From Diadema antillarum (taxonomy: Eukaryota), in NCBI RefSeq assembly GCF_040938485.1, contig NW_027271504.1:1302001-1366000 (forward strand): a DNA stretch of 64,000 bases, written 5' to 3'. This document shows, piece after piece, positions 11,717 through 24,100 of this stretch. How positions within the stretch are numbered: position 1 is the first letter of the stretch; the number at the start of each line of letters is the position of its first letter. The notes beneath the pieces were generated by a model. The model was not told the DNA's origin, did not search any database, and saw only the letters and a program-made list of their open reading frames with translations. The position numbers and the translations under genes were made by a program.

Positions 11717-13376
11717 GAGAACAGTCGAGATTAAATGAGAAACTTGTAAATCTTGAGCTAGAACATGAAATAGAAAATGCAGAAATTGAAACACATGTAC
11801 ATTATACTAGAATGTGAAGTTCATGATCTTATTGGTAAGCCATAGTGTGAAGTTAATGAAAAGAAGGATGAAGTAAAGTCCTCAGCCCTAAATCCTGATT
11901 CTCGAGTGTGGTCAGAAGCAAAGGGTAATGGTATCACATCTGACCCAGTAGAACATAATTGCACCATGCCAACTAGTCCAGTTGAAGACAGTGAAATTCA
12001 TATGCCATCTCACGATTTGTCTCATACACCTAACGTTGTTGTAGATGATCATTTGAGAAGTAATGATGTGTACAATTCCAACATGAATCCAATATTTCAT
12101 GCCATTAATGTTGCTCTTAACCTGCCAAAGCCAGATTTGATTACTTTTGATGGCAATCCCACTGTGTATAATAGCTTCATGAATAGTTTTGAAGTTAATG
12201 TGGAACAGAAAGTGCTGGATGATAGGACCAGATTTACCTATCTCATTCAGTACTGCTCGGGAAAGGCTCGCAATAGCATCGAGAACTGTGTTCTCATGGA
12301 ACCACATGAAGGTTACACCAAAGCGAAGAGGATCTTGAGAGAGCAGTTTGTACAACCGCATGTAGTGGCTTACTTGGATAAGTTCCTCAAACGTTCACAA
12401 CTCAAACAGAACAACCACGCATGATTGTGGAATTTTGCATGAGACATGAAGCGTTGAGGAATGGTACTAGCCCAGATGGGATATCTCGCTGATGCAAATT
12501 GCTCTGAAATGCTACTCAAGATTCAACGACTCTCACCCATTCACCTTCAAGCAGAATGGGCGAGGAGAGCCCATACCATGATGGTGAGATGGGTAGTGCC
12601 CAACTTTGACTTGATGACTAACATTCGTAGAAGAATCAGCCCAGTTGGCCAGCAATATCTTTAAAAAAGAAACATTGGGAAATCAATTCCAAAGAATGAT
12701 AAGGCAGTGAAGAAAGAAGCCAGAGCCAAAGGGACAGCATTCGCAACTCAGAGGGTTCATGAGAACTTGCAACGCAAAGCCCAAGGCAGTCATGATCATC
12801 CCAAAAGGAAATACCCTTGATGCCAAAGAAAGCATGATCCCAAGTCCTGCGAATCCTTTAAGAAGAAAGGAGTAGATGACAGAAGAGACATAGCTAGAAA
12901 AGCGAGATTGTGTTTGAATTGCTTATGACCATTCTACTTGGCTGTAGGCTACCTTTCTAAGGCTCGATGTGAAGTCACTGACTGTGGAAAGAAGCATTAT
13001 GCTCTTCTGCACACATTTTATCCAAATCAGAACTCTCCTTGAGAAGAGAACCGAAGGAACTGTCCTAGGCATGAAAACGGAAAAGGAGAAAAGCAAGATA
13101 ACCTAAGCTCTGCGAATCAAGGTCAAGGATACCAGAGGTCGGGTGTTCACTGCTCAGGCTGAGAGTTGTACCGGTAAAGGTTAGAGGAAATGGGAGAGAA
13201 AAGACGACCTGGGCCTTATAAGATCAAGGCAGCAACGTTTCGCTTTGCACCAAAGGTCTTGTGGACAAATTGGGTCTCACCAGGACTGACAAATAGCCAT
13301 AGTAGCAGATGTCCAGTCTATGTTCCATAAAGTGAAGGTTCCACCCAGGGACAGAAATGCCATGAGGTTCCTTTGT
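11717..13376 (+). mobile_element. Decayed BEL/Pao retrotransposon (copy 2): gag, protease and a short RT fragment
   Basis: ORF 11906-12424 LNLPKPDLITFDGNPTVYNSFMNSFE (DUF1759-like), closely similar to copy 1 over about 1.1 kb. Pao RT motif IAIVADVQSMFHKVKVPPRDRNAMRFL at 13293-13376 follows an internal deletion. Confidence 0.8.
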
Positions 13377-13544
13377 CAGTGCCCAATGATGCAGATCTGG
13401 GTCTGGGGTTGTATAATTCCTCCTTATATTGTCTACAGTGAAAAGAATAAAGAATGGACTCTTGGAGGGGTACTAGATGCCAGAAACACAACATCACGGC
13501 AACTGTTTGTATGTACACATTGGAATAAATCAAGATGGTCAAAA

Positions 13545-14700
13545 GACTGACTAATACCAATGGATCGAGAATAAAGAACACTTGCCACCAGCCAGTCAAA
13601 GAGTACCAGGGCATTGTTTGCACCAAACAGGCCCTTTCGCATGAAAGTCTGGTCGCCCGGCATCAATTCCGACGTTGAGGTGCTCGTAATGCAGTGCACA
13701 GCATGCCAGATTGAGGCACCCCCATCCCCAGCAGAGCCCCTACGCCCGTCCCCTATTATGCCCCATGCTCCATGAAGCCGCATTCACGTTGACCTTTGTG
13801 GCCCCTTACCCACAGGCGAGACTCTCCTCATGATCATCGACGCTGCATCCCAATGGCCAGAAGTAGAGATTCTACGCACGACGACCACGTGGATAATCAG
13901 CAGGCTAGAGCGCATCTTCGCACAGCACGGATTCCCGAAGTGATCGTCTCCGATAACGGCTCCCAGTTCGTGTCGCAAGAGCTCAGTGAATATCTATCCT
14001 AAATCAACATGGAGCATCGCCGTGTGACCCCCTATCCAACCCAAGCCAACGCGGAGGTTGAGCAGTGTAACGCAGTTGTCATGAAAGCGATTAGCACAGC
14101 TCGCAAGAGCGTCCAAGATTGGAGAAGGGCAATCTCCAACTTCCTCATCACCTATTGCTCAACAGTGCATCCAGTGACGATGTCACCTGCTGAGCTACTG
14201 CTGAATTGCGAGCTGTTACTCTCACAACACCCCGCCATGTCGCGATCATATGTTAGAGCAAGGAAGCGTGACAACAACTACGAGAAAGCCATGAAATCAA
14301 TGTACGACAACGAGAAGCCACGTCACAGCCTTGTAGTACATCCCGGAGACTACGTGATCGTGAAACAGCAAAAACGCGACAAGTTCTTGTCTAGATACAG
14401 CTGTACTACCCCCACCCGTGGATCATTGTATCTTCAAAGTGTGGAAGTGTGAAACTTCAAAGGGGAGAGGAAATGACACTGCGATATGCCTCTCAGTTGA
14501 GGAAAATACCTCGCCCCTTTAATGCCTACGACCCACACGATGTAGATGACGCAGTCAACTATGACACACCACCATGCGCCACACACAACCCCGCTCAAAC
14601 TCTAAGTCGCGAAAATGACTCCATCGTGATTGCTAAACCCTTGCGCCGACCCCCACAACGTCTTTCCTACCAAAAGGAAGGACAACTATCCTGAACACTC
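13545..14700 (+). mobile_element. Decayed Ty3/Gypsy integrase (K02A2.6-like)
   Basis: Broken reading gives (H)QGIV.TK..LRMKVW.PGI..DVE..V.QC.ACQ (HHCC finger), IHVDLCGP, IIDAASQWPEV, FAQHGFPEVIVSDNGSQFVS, PY.TQANAEVE (DDE core). Frameshifts and stops present. Confidence 0.85.
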
Positions 14701-15090
14701 ACCTCCATCTGACGTTTGACTTGTGAACATTACAACATGAACTGCACGAATTTTAATGACTCAAAAAATAAGTGAAGTAATATTCAACTTTATTGGCATT
14801 GTTTGTGCTTGAACAGCATGGATGCCCATTGAATCGCATGTCCCCTTAATTTTTTGGTTAGTGTTCCTTTCTGTTCTAGGGGTAAGATCGATGAGTTATA
14901 GTAATGTGCCCCTCCAAGTATGATGCTGCCCCTTCCCCTTTTAACCCCTTCCTAAAAGAAAGATAAAACCTGCCCAACCAAACTGAATGTTGCTTGTGGT
15001 TCCTCACTCTGATGTACCACGCATCCAAGCTTATAACAGTGTTCATATCTTTTCTTTTATTCAGACACCCCCCCCCCCCCCCCTTGGGCA

Positions 15091-15259
15091 NNNNNNNNNN
15101 NNNNNNNNNNNNNNNNNNNNNNNNNNNNNNNNNNNNNNNNNNNNNNNNNNNNNNNNNNNNNNNNNNNNNNNNNNNNNNNNNNNNNNNNNNNNNNNNNNNN
15201 NNNNNNNNNNNNNNNNNNNNNNNNNNNNNNNNNNNNNNNNNNNNNNNNNNNNNNNNNNN
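15091..15259. other. Assembly gap (169 N)
   Basis: Run of N, preceded by a long poly-C tract. Confidence 0.99.
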
Positions 15260-16070
15260 CTTCATCCAGGGGAGCCTCTTCAGTGTTGCCACTGCTCTCC
15301 CAAATGGCCCTTTACATTTCTGTGAAGTTACAGCATGTTTTGCCATATCTGACAAAATCAAGTCATCTGCACTAAAAGTGCACTGCCTTTCCCCCATATC
15401 CATCCAAACCAAACTGTGCATTGTCAGCACAAGTACTGTACTTTGGTTATGATACAAAGTATGTGCATTCAGCTTATGCATTCGACATGTAAGTGGTAAA
15501 ATCATGGTATCATTTTTCGAAGGAGACAGAAAAATTAAATTTCAAACCTTGTGTGTATCTATTTTGGCAATCACACGTCTACATTTCCACACTGGCGATT
15601 ACGCATTAGATCATTCTACACAAGTATGGAATGTGCATGGAACGTTTATTAAAATGTTGAATATGTAATATACTGCCTGCCATACATTTCATCACCACCT
15701 GTTCTGTTTCTCGCGCTCCTGTCATGTCTAGTCAACAACTTCAGTGATCCACCATTAGTCAACTACCCTGTAATACAGTGAACTGACGGCTTATGGTCAT
15801 AAACTCATCATTGGACTTGATGAGTAGCAAGGATCTTATGTTACTAGTTGTGAGATGATGTTAGTACAAGGCACAACACATTAATTAATCAGTTGTATTC
15901 CGGAAACCAGTAAGACAGATCATACTTGTTCTCCTGTCAGCCCTTGTCCTCTAACACCTTCCTCATGTGATGAAGGAATTCATAGCAGATTTCAATTTAA
16001 ATGTAAATTGACTTCTTGAAGTGAGATGGCACTTGTACTGATATGGACAGCAGAGGGCAGCATTCATTTG

Positions 16071-19000
16071 TCATCTCTCCATGAGGGGGCTCTCCTTGCT
16101 GCTCTGGGTGGCTGACAGGCAGGCATCTGCAAACTCCACAAAGATGGGCTCCTGCATGGCGCCCTCTATGGCCTTGACCTTATCCTCTGCCTGATCCAAG
16201 TGTATGATCATCTCCCTCAGGTGGCGGTTCTGTAAGAGGGACTTCAAAGCGTCGGACTTTCCTGTAATACCATGGACGAGACACAGACCGTAGATTGCAT
16301 TAGGGTATACAAGCATTAGAAATGAGCACTTAAACTTTTCTGCTCAACAGATCCCTTCAGCAACAATTTATATAAGCATCGGTTAAATAGCCTAGCTGTT
16401 CATGAAGTTCGCGAATTTCTTCAATTCGGATCTCGTCTGAAGAAAAAATGTATATCAAGACAATCTACTGAATATGAGGTATGTTGTACACTCTTGGCCA
16501 TTCATATGTATATGGGTTAATCAAAAACCTTTGACAAATCATTTTCTGATGTCTTAGACTGCTTATTAAGAAAATAACAAAAGATACCCTTTTCACTTAA
16601 CAATGCATATATACACATGAGTGTATACATGCTGTTCCAATCTTTCTCCCAGTAAAAACAAAAAACTAATCTAAAAGAAGAGGTGCTCAATCATTCCATA
16701 TGCAATCATAATCCACAGTTCTAAAGAGAGAGCTCTCATGATCATATTACAGACATGGGATCATGGAGTAACATAGAGAGATGAAGATACTGACCTAGAC
16801 TTTGGAGTTGCCATGGTTTCAGGCGATCGGCATCAGCCTCTGGGTCACTGTCCTCACTTGACACTTCTCCATCCTCTGTGATGCATAAAGCGGTCACAAA
16901 AATCACAACATTCAGAAAGGCAGCATACTACGAGCTGTGCAGTTTTATTTTTTCATAACGGAGGGATGAGATGCTACAAGTTCACACTAAATTGCAGATA
17001 AAGGCTTGGTTTCATTGAAATGCTGCCTGCAGCAATGGCAGATTCAGGGAGGACCACAGGGCGCACCCCCCCCCCCCCTTTAATTTTATAAACGCGCCCC
17101 CTCTGTTTATGGAATTCATGGATCCGCCCCTGTTTTAGGTTCTTCATTTTGGTAATTGTACATGTATACTTCTATGCTTACAAAGGGATTACTTGGTCAA
17201 TGATCGTTCTGCATACAGTTACTACTGTATCCGGGCAATTACCAAGAGAGGGCAATTACCCCCCGCTAAATATTGGTTAGTGGTAAGGTTAGGTTAGGGT
17301 TAGGTTTAGGGTTAGGATTAGGTTCAGGATAGGATAAGGATTTGGGCCAGGGGACGGGTCCAGGGTGATTACCCAGGGGGTAACTGCCCTAGACACAATA
17401 TACCTCTCTCTCTGCTGGAATCTGTGGAATGCTCCTTCCCGGCAGGTTTCGCATGCCCCTCTTCTTTCTTGGCACAGGAATCTGCGATAGAATGAGTACA
17501 TTGCAGACCAGTAAATAGGATGTAGCCCAGCTCATTAAAATATATAATATAAGGGAATTATATCTGGACAATTTAACAGTCTAAATACAATGTATGGTTT
17601 CTGAGAGACAATTTCACACACTTAGGACACATTTACACACTGAAGAGATTTCTTTGTGGGAGCATAGAAAGTTAAATTAGAAATAAAGGCTAAAATCTGT
17701 AACAAGGACAGCTTTCGATCAATCAAAATCAGAGTACCATGATTCATGTTTGACATGGACATGTGTTCTAAACGAGAATGTAGCACACATAGATTTCACA
17801 ATCGAATTACTTGTATCACAGGTTATGAGTAAAAAGAAAAGTGTAAGCACAGGGTGTGATCATGAGTATTACTTTACCTTCTGCTTTGTGGTGCTTGTAG
17901 CATGTTACTGAACAGCTGTAATGGAAATAAAAAGTCAAAACACAAGGACTGAGTGAGTGACCACAATCCACAGGAACTACATGTATATCGTATATAAAAA
18001 TCCTCTAGTCTTGAACATCCGTAATCCTCTTACTTTAGTTGCAACGGGTGCTACACTGGCAAGTTGGTGAAATGTGACAGGATAAATAAATGTCAAACTA
18101 ATTCTTTCACTTCTCCTCAAGTGCAAACTGCAAAGCCCAGGGTAACACACACACACACACACACACATACACAAATCACTGCAAGCTGTGCTCACATTCA
18201 CATCTCTGATGTTAACTAGATATCTATGTCTTTGACTGAAAGAATGGCCTGTATCTGGTCGTCGGGAAAATGTTCCGCGGAGACTGCGTCTGGATTCACG
18301 GATCCCCTCCTTATACAGACCGAAGTCAATGATGCTGGCTCTTGTGTGGATGCGCTGCCAGCGGTCGTGCACAGATCAAACATTACGATAAACCAAATTT
18401 CAGACAGCTTTTTTACATTCAAACAAGTTTGACATGACACATTATTCAGCAATATTTGGGGTAAATTTCTCACATTGTGCAATAGAAATACTCACAGTAA
18501 ACTACGTTAACGCAGAAATTTTTTCCATATCGCAACATCGCCGCTCGCTAGCAGTGCAAGTCACCATTTTGAATCTGTAAGCCGATCACATGCGAGGTAC
18601 ATGTTTAAATTAAAAAAAAAAAACATGTAGAAACTACCTCGCATGTGATTGGCTATTAAATGGATTCATAATCTATATATTGAAGAGCTGTTATGACCGT
18701 ATCGACGGGCTGGTAGTTGCATATTTAATCATGAAAATTCTACCAAAATGTTGGATATCCTGGTGAGTGCAATGAATACTTGAAACGTTGATTTTGCTAT
18801 ACAAGTTTAAATTTGCCAATCTAGGGCTGTGAATTACACCCAATCGAGAAGGGTGAGGTACCTCACCCAATTCTCCGTAGAGACAGTGGTTAGGAGCTTC
18901 CACACAGCGATGTATACTACCAACTTCTGTCTGTCTACCGAGGAGAGCGATAACGTCAACAACAAAAAAAGACTCCTCCAGACAGACGGATCTTTCTGTC

Positions 19001-19406
19001 TATCTATGTCTGTAAGTATGACACATACACTGACTGTATCTCTATTGAGTATTGTTTTACAGAAATTATACATCAAGATAGGCCTTTCACAGTTTTATTA
19101 TAGGCATTATTGACTCATTTCTTCGGTGATTCAAATGACTGTGACTGTACGGCTAAAGTAAAGGGAATTTGACAAATTGAAGACGTCATCAATGATCAAT
19201 TGAATATTATGGCAATATGGGTCCTTTTAAACTTCTTGGCTTTAGTGTGCACCCCGTGCTCTAACTAGGTCTATACATTTTACTGTCATTGCACTGCCGT
19301 ATATCGCGTATTAATTTACTCACTACACTATCCGACACATGGGACATCTGTACTTCTGCTGATTCGTCTTGCAAATGGCGCACATACTATCACGGATACC
19401 ATCCAT
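16071..19406 (-). CDS. ZNHIT3: Zinc finger HIT domain-containing protein 3 (box C/D snoRNP assembly factor), 5 coding exons, 156 aa
   Basis: Exons 19324-19406, 17878-17915, 17404-17481, 16795-16875, 16071-16261; all GT-AG, phases consistent, 471 nt. Translation begins MDGIRDSMCAICKTNQQKYRCPMCRIVYCSVTCYKHHK (zf-HIT: CxxC..YRCPxC..YCSxxCYxxH). C-terminus DRLKPWQLQSLGKSDALKSLLQNRHLREMIIHLDQ..MQEPIFVEFADACL matches the ZNHIT3/Hit1 C-terminal domain. Confidence 0.93.
17033..17132. mobile_element. Short MITE, CAGTGGCGGATCCAG/GGATCCGCCCCTG family (diverged)
   Basis: Termini caatggcagattcagg and catggatccgcccctg; same family as 44552-44714. Confidence 0.55.
17227..17396. mobile_element. MITE with internal degenerate (TTAGGG)n
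   Basis: Imperfect TIR gtatccgggcaattacc / ggtaactgccctagacac around ggttagggttaggtttagggttagg; ends 7 nt into the ZNHIT3 intron after the donor at 17404. Confidence 0.55.
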
Positions 19407-20120
19407 GTCAATACCAAATACGTTGATTTAAGCAACCGGACTCCAACAGAAATTATGAGGGTGGTGGTGGTGCACCGTCGTGGGGTCAGTTTGACTTCGT
19501 TTTAGTGGTGTATTTTCTGATTGATGAGCAACGGAGCTGGGAGTGGTGGCCACATACACCACGACAGGTGTACGTGCATTACTGTACCTGCACCTGGCTC
19601 GCTACTACTGGGGGCGCGTGGTACTGGCACAAGAGTTCTGTGGGTACTGGTGCCGTGTGCTACATGCGCGGATATGCGCGATGATGGATGCTTGCTTTCA
19701 TTGTGTGGGACTTTCCCCATTATGCCAGTGATTCCAGCTTATGGAAAGCTGCCTGATTCATACCATAAGAATCATGCGCCGCACATGTTGTTGCTCCCAC
19801 TAAATGTACCACATTTCACAAATATGACCGTAACAAAAAAAAAAGGAATAATAGAAATGGAATCAACAGAGTCAGAACAATGTAAAATGCATGAATGTTG
19901 AAAGTGTCAAGAATAGCTGTACTAGTAATTAAGCTGTTTATGGAACGCTTGCTGGTTTTAGCTGCACAGCGAGAAGTAAAGGTAGGTCTACGTACAACAC
20001 ATGTGCGGATCGCGTGCGGTTCAAGCTGCCGTACAGTACATCAACATCTCGGGCTGTCAGCTGCGAGGGTCGACGTAGCCAGTGTTGCATCATAATATCA
20101 ATTTGTCAGCTTTTCTTTTG
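19407..20120. promoter_or_regulatory. CpG-rich divergent promoter region between ZNHIT3 and RMND1
   Basis: ZNHIT3 ATG at 19406 (-) and RMND1 (+) diverge; the interval is GC/CpG-rich relative to surrounding introns. TSSs are not determinable. Confidence 0.4.
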
Positions 20121-20794
20121 ATCGTGTAGTTACCTTCCAATCGTTGCATCCATTGGAATTCTCATGATGTCTCAAGCATGAAGGAGAAGGAGCCTGGAAT
20201 TTTTTCCTTAAAACCGTGGCTTTTTGTCGATTGAAATTTTGCAAGAACAGCTGAAGCCTGAAGAAGGAACTCAGTCTGAATTTGATAAGAGAGCAAGCCA
20301 GGAAATTCAGTAAGCCAAGGGGCCGGGCAGTTAAGCATTGATTAGCCTTTTTAGGCCTCCTTTTTTTCGTTTATTGTTTTGTTTACAGCTGAATGACAAA
20401 AATGGAAAAGGCTGAACTTAAAATACAGTCAAAAGATTCTGAGGCTTAATTGTGCAAAATGAGATTAATTTTGTGATATAAATTTATCTATATTTTGCAT
20501 TTTTTTTTTGTTAGATTGACTTGAATTAATACAATGACATACAATTACAATTTAAAAAAAAATATTTTTCTTACCTGCTGAGCAGTGTATATATATGGTA
20601 CCTGAGGATATCCCAACCCTGTCTGGGTAAAATTTATAGCTCAAGAATAGGCCTTGTGTTATAGTAGTAGTGAAGTAACGTCACAACAAACTGATTAAAG
20701 AATAAAGAAAGTGTATCAGGATCGAGATACTCTGAGAGACCGGCTGACAAAAGGAGTAGTCGAGTACATGTACTTGTGGTTTTCCCCTTTTTAA

Positions 20795-20880
20795 CCCATT
20801 GAGGATATGAGTCGCGAGTATACTCGGGCAAGTGTCTATGGGAAATGCGCGTTGTAGCAAAATCACACCGTCGAACCGGG
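20795..20880. mobile_element. 86-bp piggyBac-like MITE
   Basis: TTAA|CCC ... GGG|TTAA (TSDs 20791-20794 and 20881-20884). Confidence 0.6.
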
Positions 20881-21137
20881 TTAAAGAAAGTACTGCACCA
20901 GTGACCCCATTTCACACTGTATACCGCTACAGTGGCCTTTGGTGGGTTAGGTTTGGAGATCCCTTTGTGATGCAAATAAGGCAGATAATTATCTTTGATA
21001 ATACATGTCTAGAGATCTAAATGATGTGGATGTCTACATGCAGACCACCTCTCTTTCTCTGTGTTGCAAACATGCAGGGAAAATACCATCTTGAAGTTTA
21101 ATCAGCTCAGGATTGTTGGAGTTATCAGAGATCAAGT

Positions 21138-24100
21138 ATGCAGCCAGTACTGCAGCAGAGGCTATTATGGATGAGCTCACCCCAGATTTGCTGCAGTATT
21201 CTCAAACATGTTGTGAGACTTGGACCTGGCAGGCTCTTTGCGTCACATTGCGGTTTCACCCACAATGTGAACCCATCCCGCAGCTGTGCTTTATTACTCG
21301 CCAGTACTGGTAGGAGATGCTCATTTCCTCCGAGGAACTGGCCGGTAAATCATTCCAGAAATATGAGGCTATCGTCTTGGACTGGTGGTGAGGGAACATC
21401 GAGGATTGCAGCACTTGCCAAGAGGTTAAAGTCATCAGATGCTTGGCTGGAGAAGCCGGTCGTCTTCAGGAGCACGGTGCCGTCGCCAAGCAACAAGCTG
21501 AGGCCAGACAGGAGTGGCAAGAAGGTGTCTAAGGTGCCGAGGCCGAGGACCAAGAAGCCGTCCCGGTTTATTGATGGAGTCGCAAAGGTGTGCACACTTA
21601 TTCCCCCATGTGTTTTGATTTGTTTTTGTTTTATTATTGTTCTTTCAACAGGTGCTAAGCTCTTGTTTGGATGCACTGGGCAAGTGAGGTCAATTTTTTT
21701 AAAACAGATTTTGATGATTTTTTTTCAGCTCTTTGGATAGTTCATTCAGTTTGAGAGAAAAGGGAAACATACCAAAAGACCGGGACATCTATTTTCATAA
21801 TTGATCACCGTGAAATCCTGACATGGTGTGCTGAGCACAGATTTCCTGATTTTTACATTTTACACTTTATTACCAACAATTTACCATGGTAACAGTGGGG
21901 AAAAAGGCCAGCCACAAAAAAAAAAAAAAAAAATGCAGGTACATATAGGTACAGTTTGAGTCAAGCATGTGTCTTGAGGAAATTAAGCATTCATACGCAG
22001 TGTGTTATATCAAATCACCATTTTAATATGCTTCATTGAAAACAAACACATATTGTCTGACTTTTCAACTCTTGTGGGCATATCTTTTCAATAAATATGA
22101 AATCTGCTTTTGCAAAGTAAAATTGTCTGTATTTGCAATTTGTGTAACTTTGACGTTTTCATATTAAAAGGCTTTATCATGATAGTGAAGTGGCAAGACA
22201 TATCCACCAAAGCATTATGATGCGATCATAATGTTGTAGCAAAAGGTCATATGTGGATCTGATTCCACTTTGATTCATGCTGTCATGCTTGCCTTGTTTC
22301 CAGGATGCCTACCTGTGCACTGCCTTCTCCACTGCCGAGGAATACAACATAGAACATCTAAGTTTTGACCTACAGCTGCAGGGAAACAAGTTTTGCACAG
22401 TTGAAATGCCTCAAGGTAATTGAGTAACATGCAGTCAACCTTGCACAAGTCAAACAATTTGCTCAGTCAAATGAAAATTGTACCCTTGATTGATACAAGT
22501 GTGTGTTAATTGTATTATGTAAGTCAAAGGATTTGCTCCAATTCCTTTGGATTAAACTTTCTCTTAATATGTGAGCTTAACTGTGTATAGAAAGGTGACA
22601 CAGCATTTGCTCCTGCAGCAATTGCTCTGCTCTTATTTTCTCCAAGGTCTTAGGGGTAGGGTTAGGGTTGTGATAGGGTTTAAAGTTTAGTTTGATATGA
22701 GGATTAGGATTAGGGTCAGGGTTATGTTTGTGGGTTGAATTTATGTTTCGCCCAGCGTGTAAAGTTGTATTTCATGGGAGCGGTTGTCGCAGAGGCAAAT
22801 GGCATGGAACTGCATGGAAATGCTGGGTTTGTGGTGTCTCGCACATTGGTAAGTCTTCCACCTGAACACATTTTGGATTTACCTGTTAGTAGAAATACAG
22901 GCAAAAATGCATGTACATTAGCTTGTGTAGACCCTCTAAAATGAAACAGAAAAAGTGCCCTATGTGGGTAGATTGACACTCAACAGACATCTTATTACCT
23001 GCACTCGGCTATAGGGGAATAATCTAAAATTCTCATCGCAAAAATTTTGTTTGAAAAGTAGGATTAGTAAAAAAACTCCTGTCATACCTCCTTGAGGTGC
23101 AGCGAAGGACTTTCTGACTTACAATGTGCAAGTGTTACATGCATTGATGCAATGTCATCGCACACACCTATTTATTAGAGGGGGAAACTTGATCATCTGT
23201 ATCATCGCTTTCTCTATCAGATGCCCATGACGTCCTCCACATACAGCTGTCGGATGAGTTCTACGAGAGCAGGGAGGTCATTGAACCAGGCGAGATGTTC
23301 TTTTTCCGGGAGGGTTCTGTTGTGTTCTGGAATGTTCCTGACCCTGTTGTAAGTCTGGAGGTCCTCATTTGCGGGTATTGGTATTAAAATAAACACCAAG
23401 ATGCTATTCACAAGAAAAAAAAAGAAGGTTGGACAATTTAGCTTATACCTTGATTGCATGCTAGGATGGGATCATGCTATGAACATGGTACTGCAATTTA
23501 ACCATAGCTGTTCAAAATTCTGCACATGATGATGTATCATACCATCAACATGATTCAGATACTTTTCTGCATAAAGTGGTAAAACAGGAATCATTACCAG
23601 TGAATAGAGACCGTACTGTGTACCCAAAGACCTCTACATTGCTCTATTAAATTTGTTTGTTCGTTTTGTTACAATTTTTTTTTCAGATAAAGGAAGTGAT
23701 GCGAATATTGGGGAGACACCAGCACCAACCTTACGAAGTGGCCCTCGTAAACTGGGAGAATGAGCAGATGACTTACAGCTACCATGAGTGAGCACCTTCC
23801 ATTCTTCTGTGTAGTGAAGTCTCAAATGTCCCTGTGGGATTAAATGGCACATGTGTCAAAGACAGTACATAATCTGCCCTGAACAGTGCAGGCAATAGTA
23901 ACAAGCAGTAGAGGGTTTTAGTATACATTTTTAAAAAGCAGCAACGAAGTTGCCTGGGAGGTTTAGCTATTTGACAATGGTGAGAGGAGGAATTTCATTG
24001 AGGGTCTGGGGAGGGGGAGGAACAGAGAGCCAGATGAGTTGATATATTCACACACTTCAAGGAGAGGAGGAATCAAAATAGGAAAGGTGGAAGGTGGAAT

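Noticed and set aside
16071-16316. ORF-track start MLVYPNAIY as a standalone small gene
   Set aside because: The upstream part is intronic; the true exon starts at the acceptor at 16261 and is the last exon of ZNHIT3.
17285-17335. TTAGGG runs as a telomere, fusion site or telomerase RNA template
   Set aside because: They are short, degenerate and enclosed by TIRs; the same pattern recurs inside other MITEs.
18230-18416. Resemblance to RNase P/MRP RNA (AATTTCAGAC before a T-run; CTGAA..GGCCTGTATC)
   Set aside because: The required CR-I motif (GGAAGGTCTGA or GAAAGTCCCC) is absent and the region is too short. Kept only as an unassigned structured island.
19521-19901. 126-aa ORF between ZNHIT3 and RMND1
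   Set aside because: It has no motif or splice support and is a chance ORF in a GC-rich promoter region.
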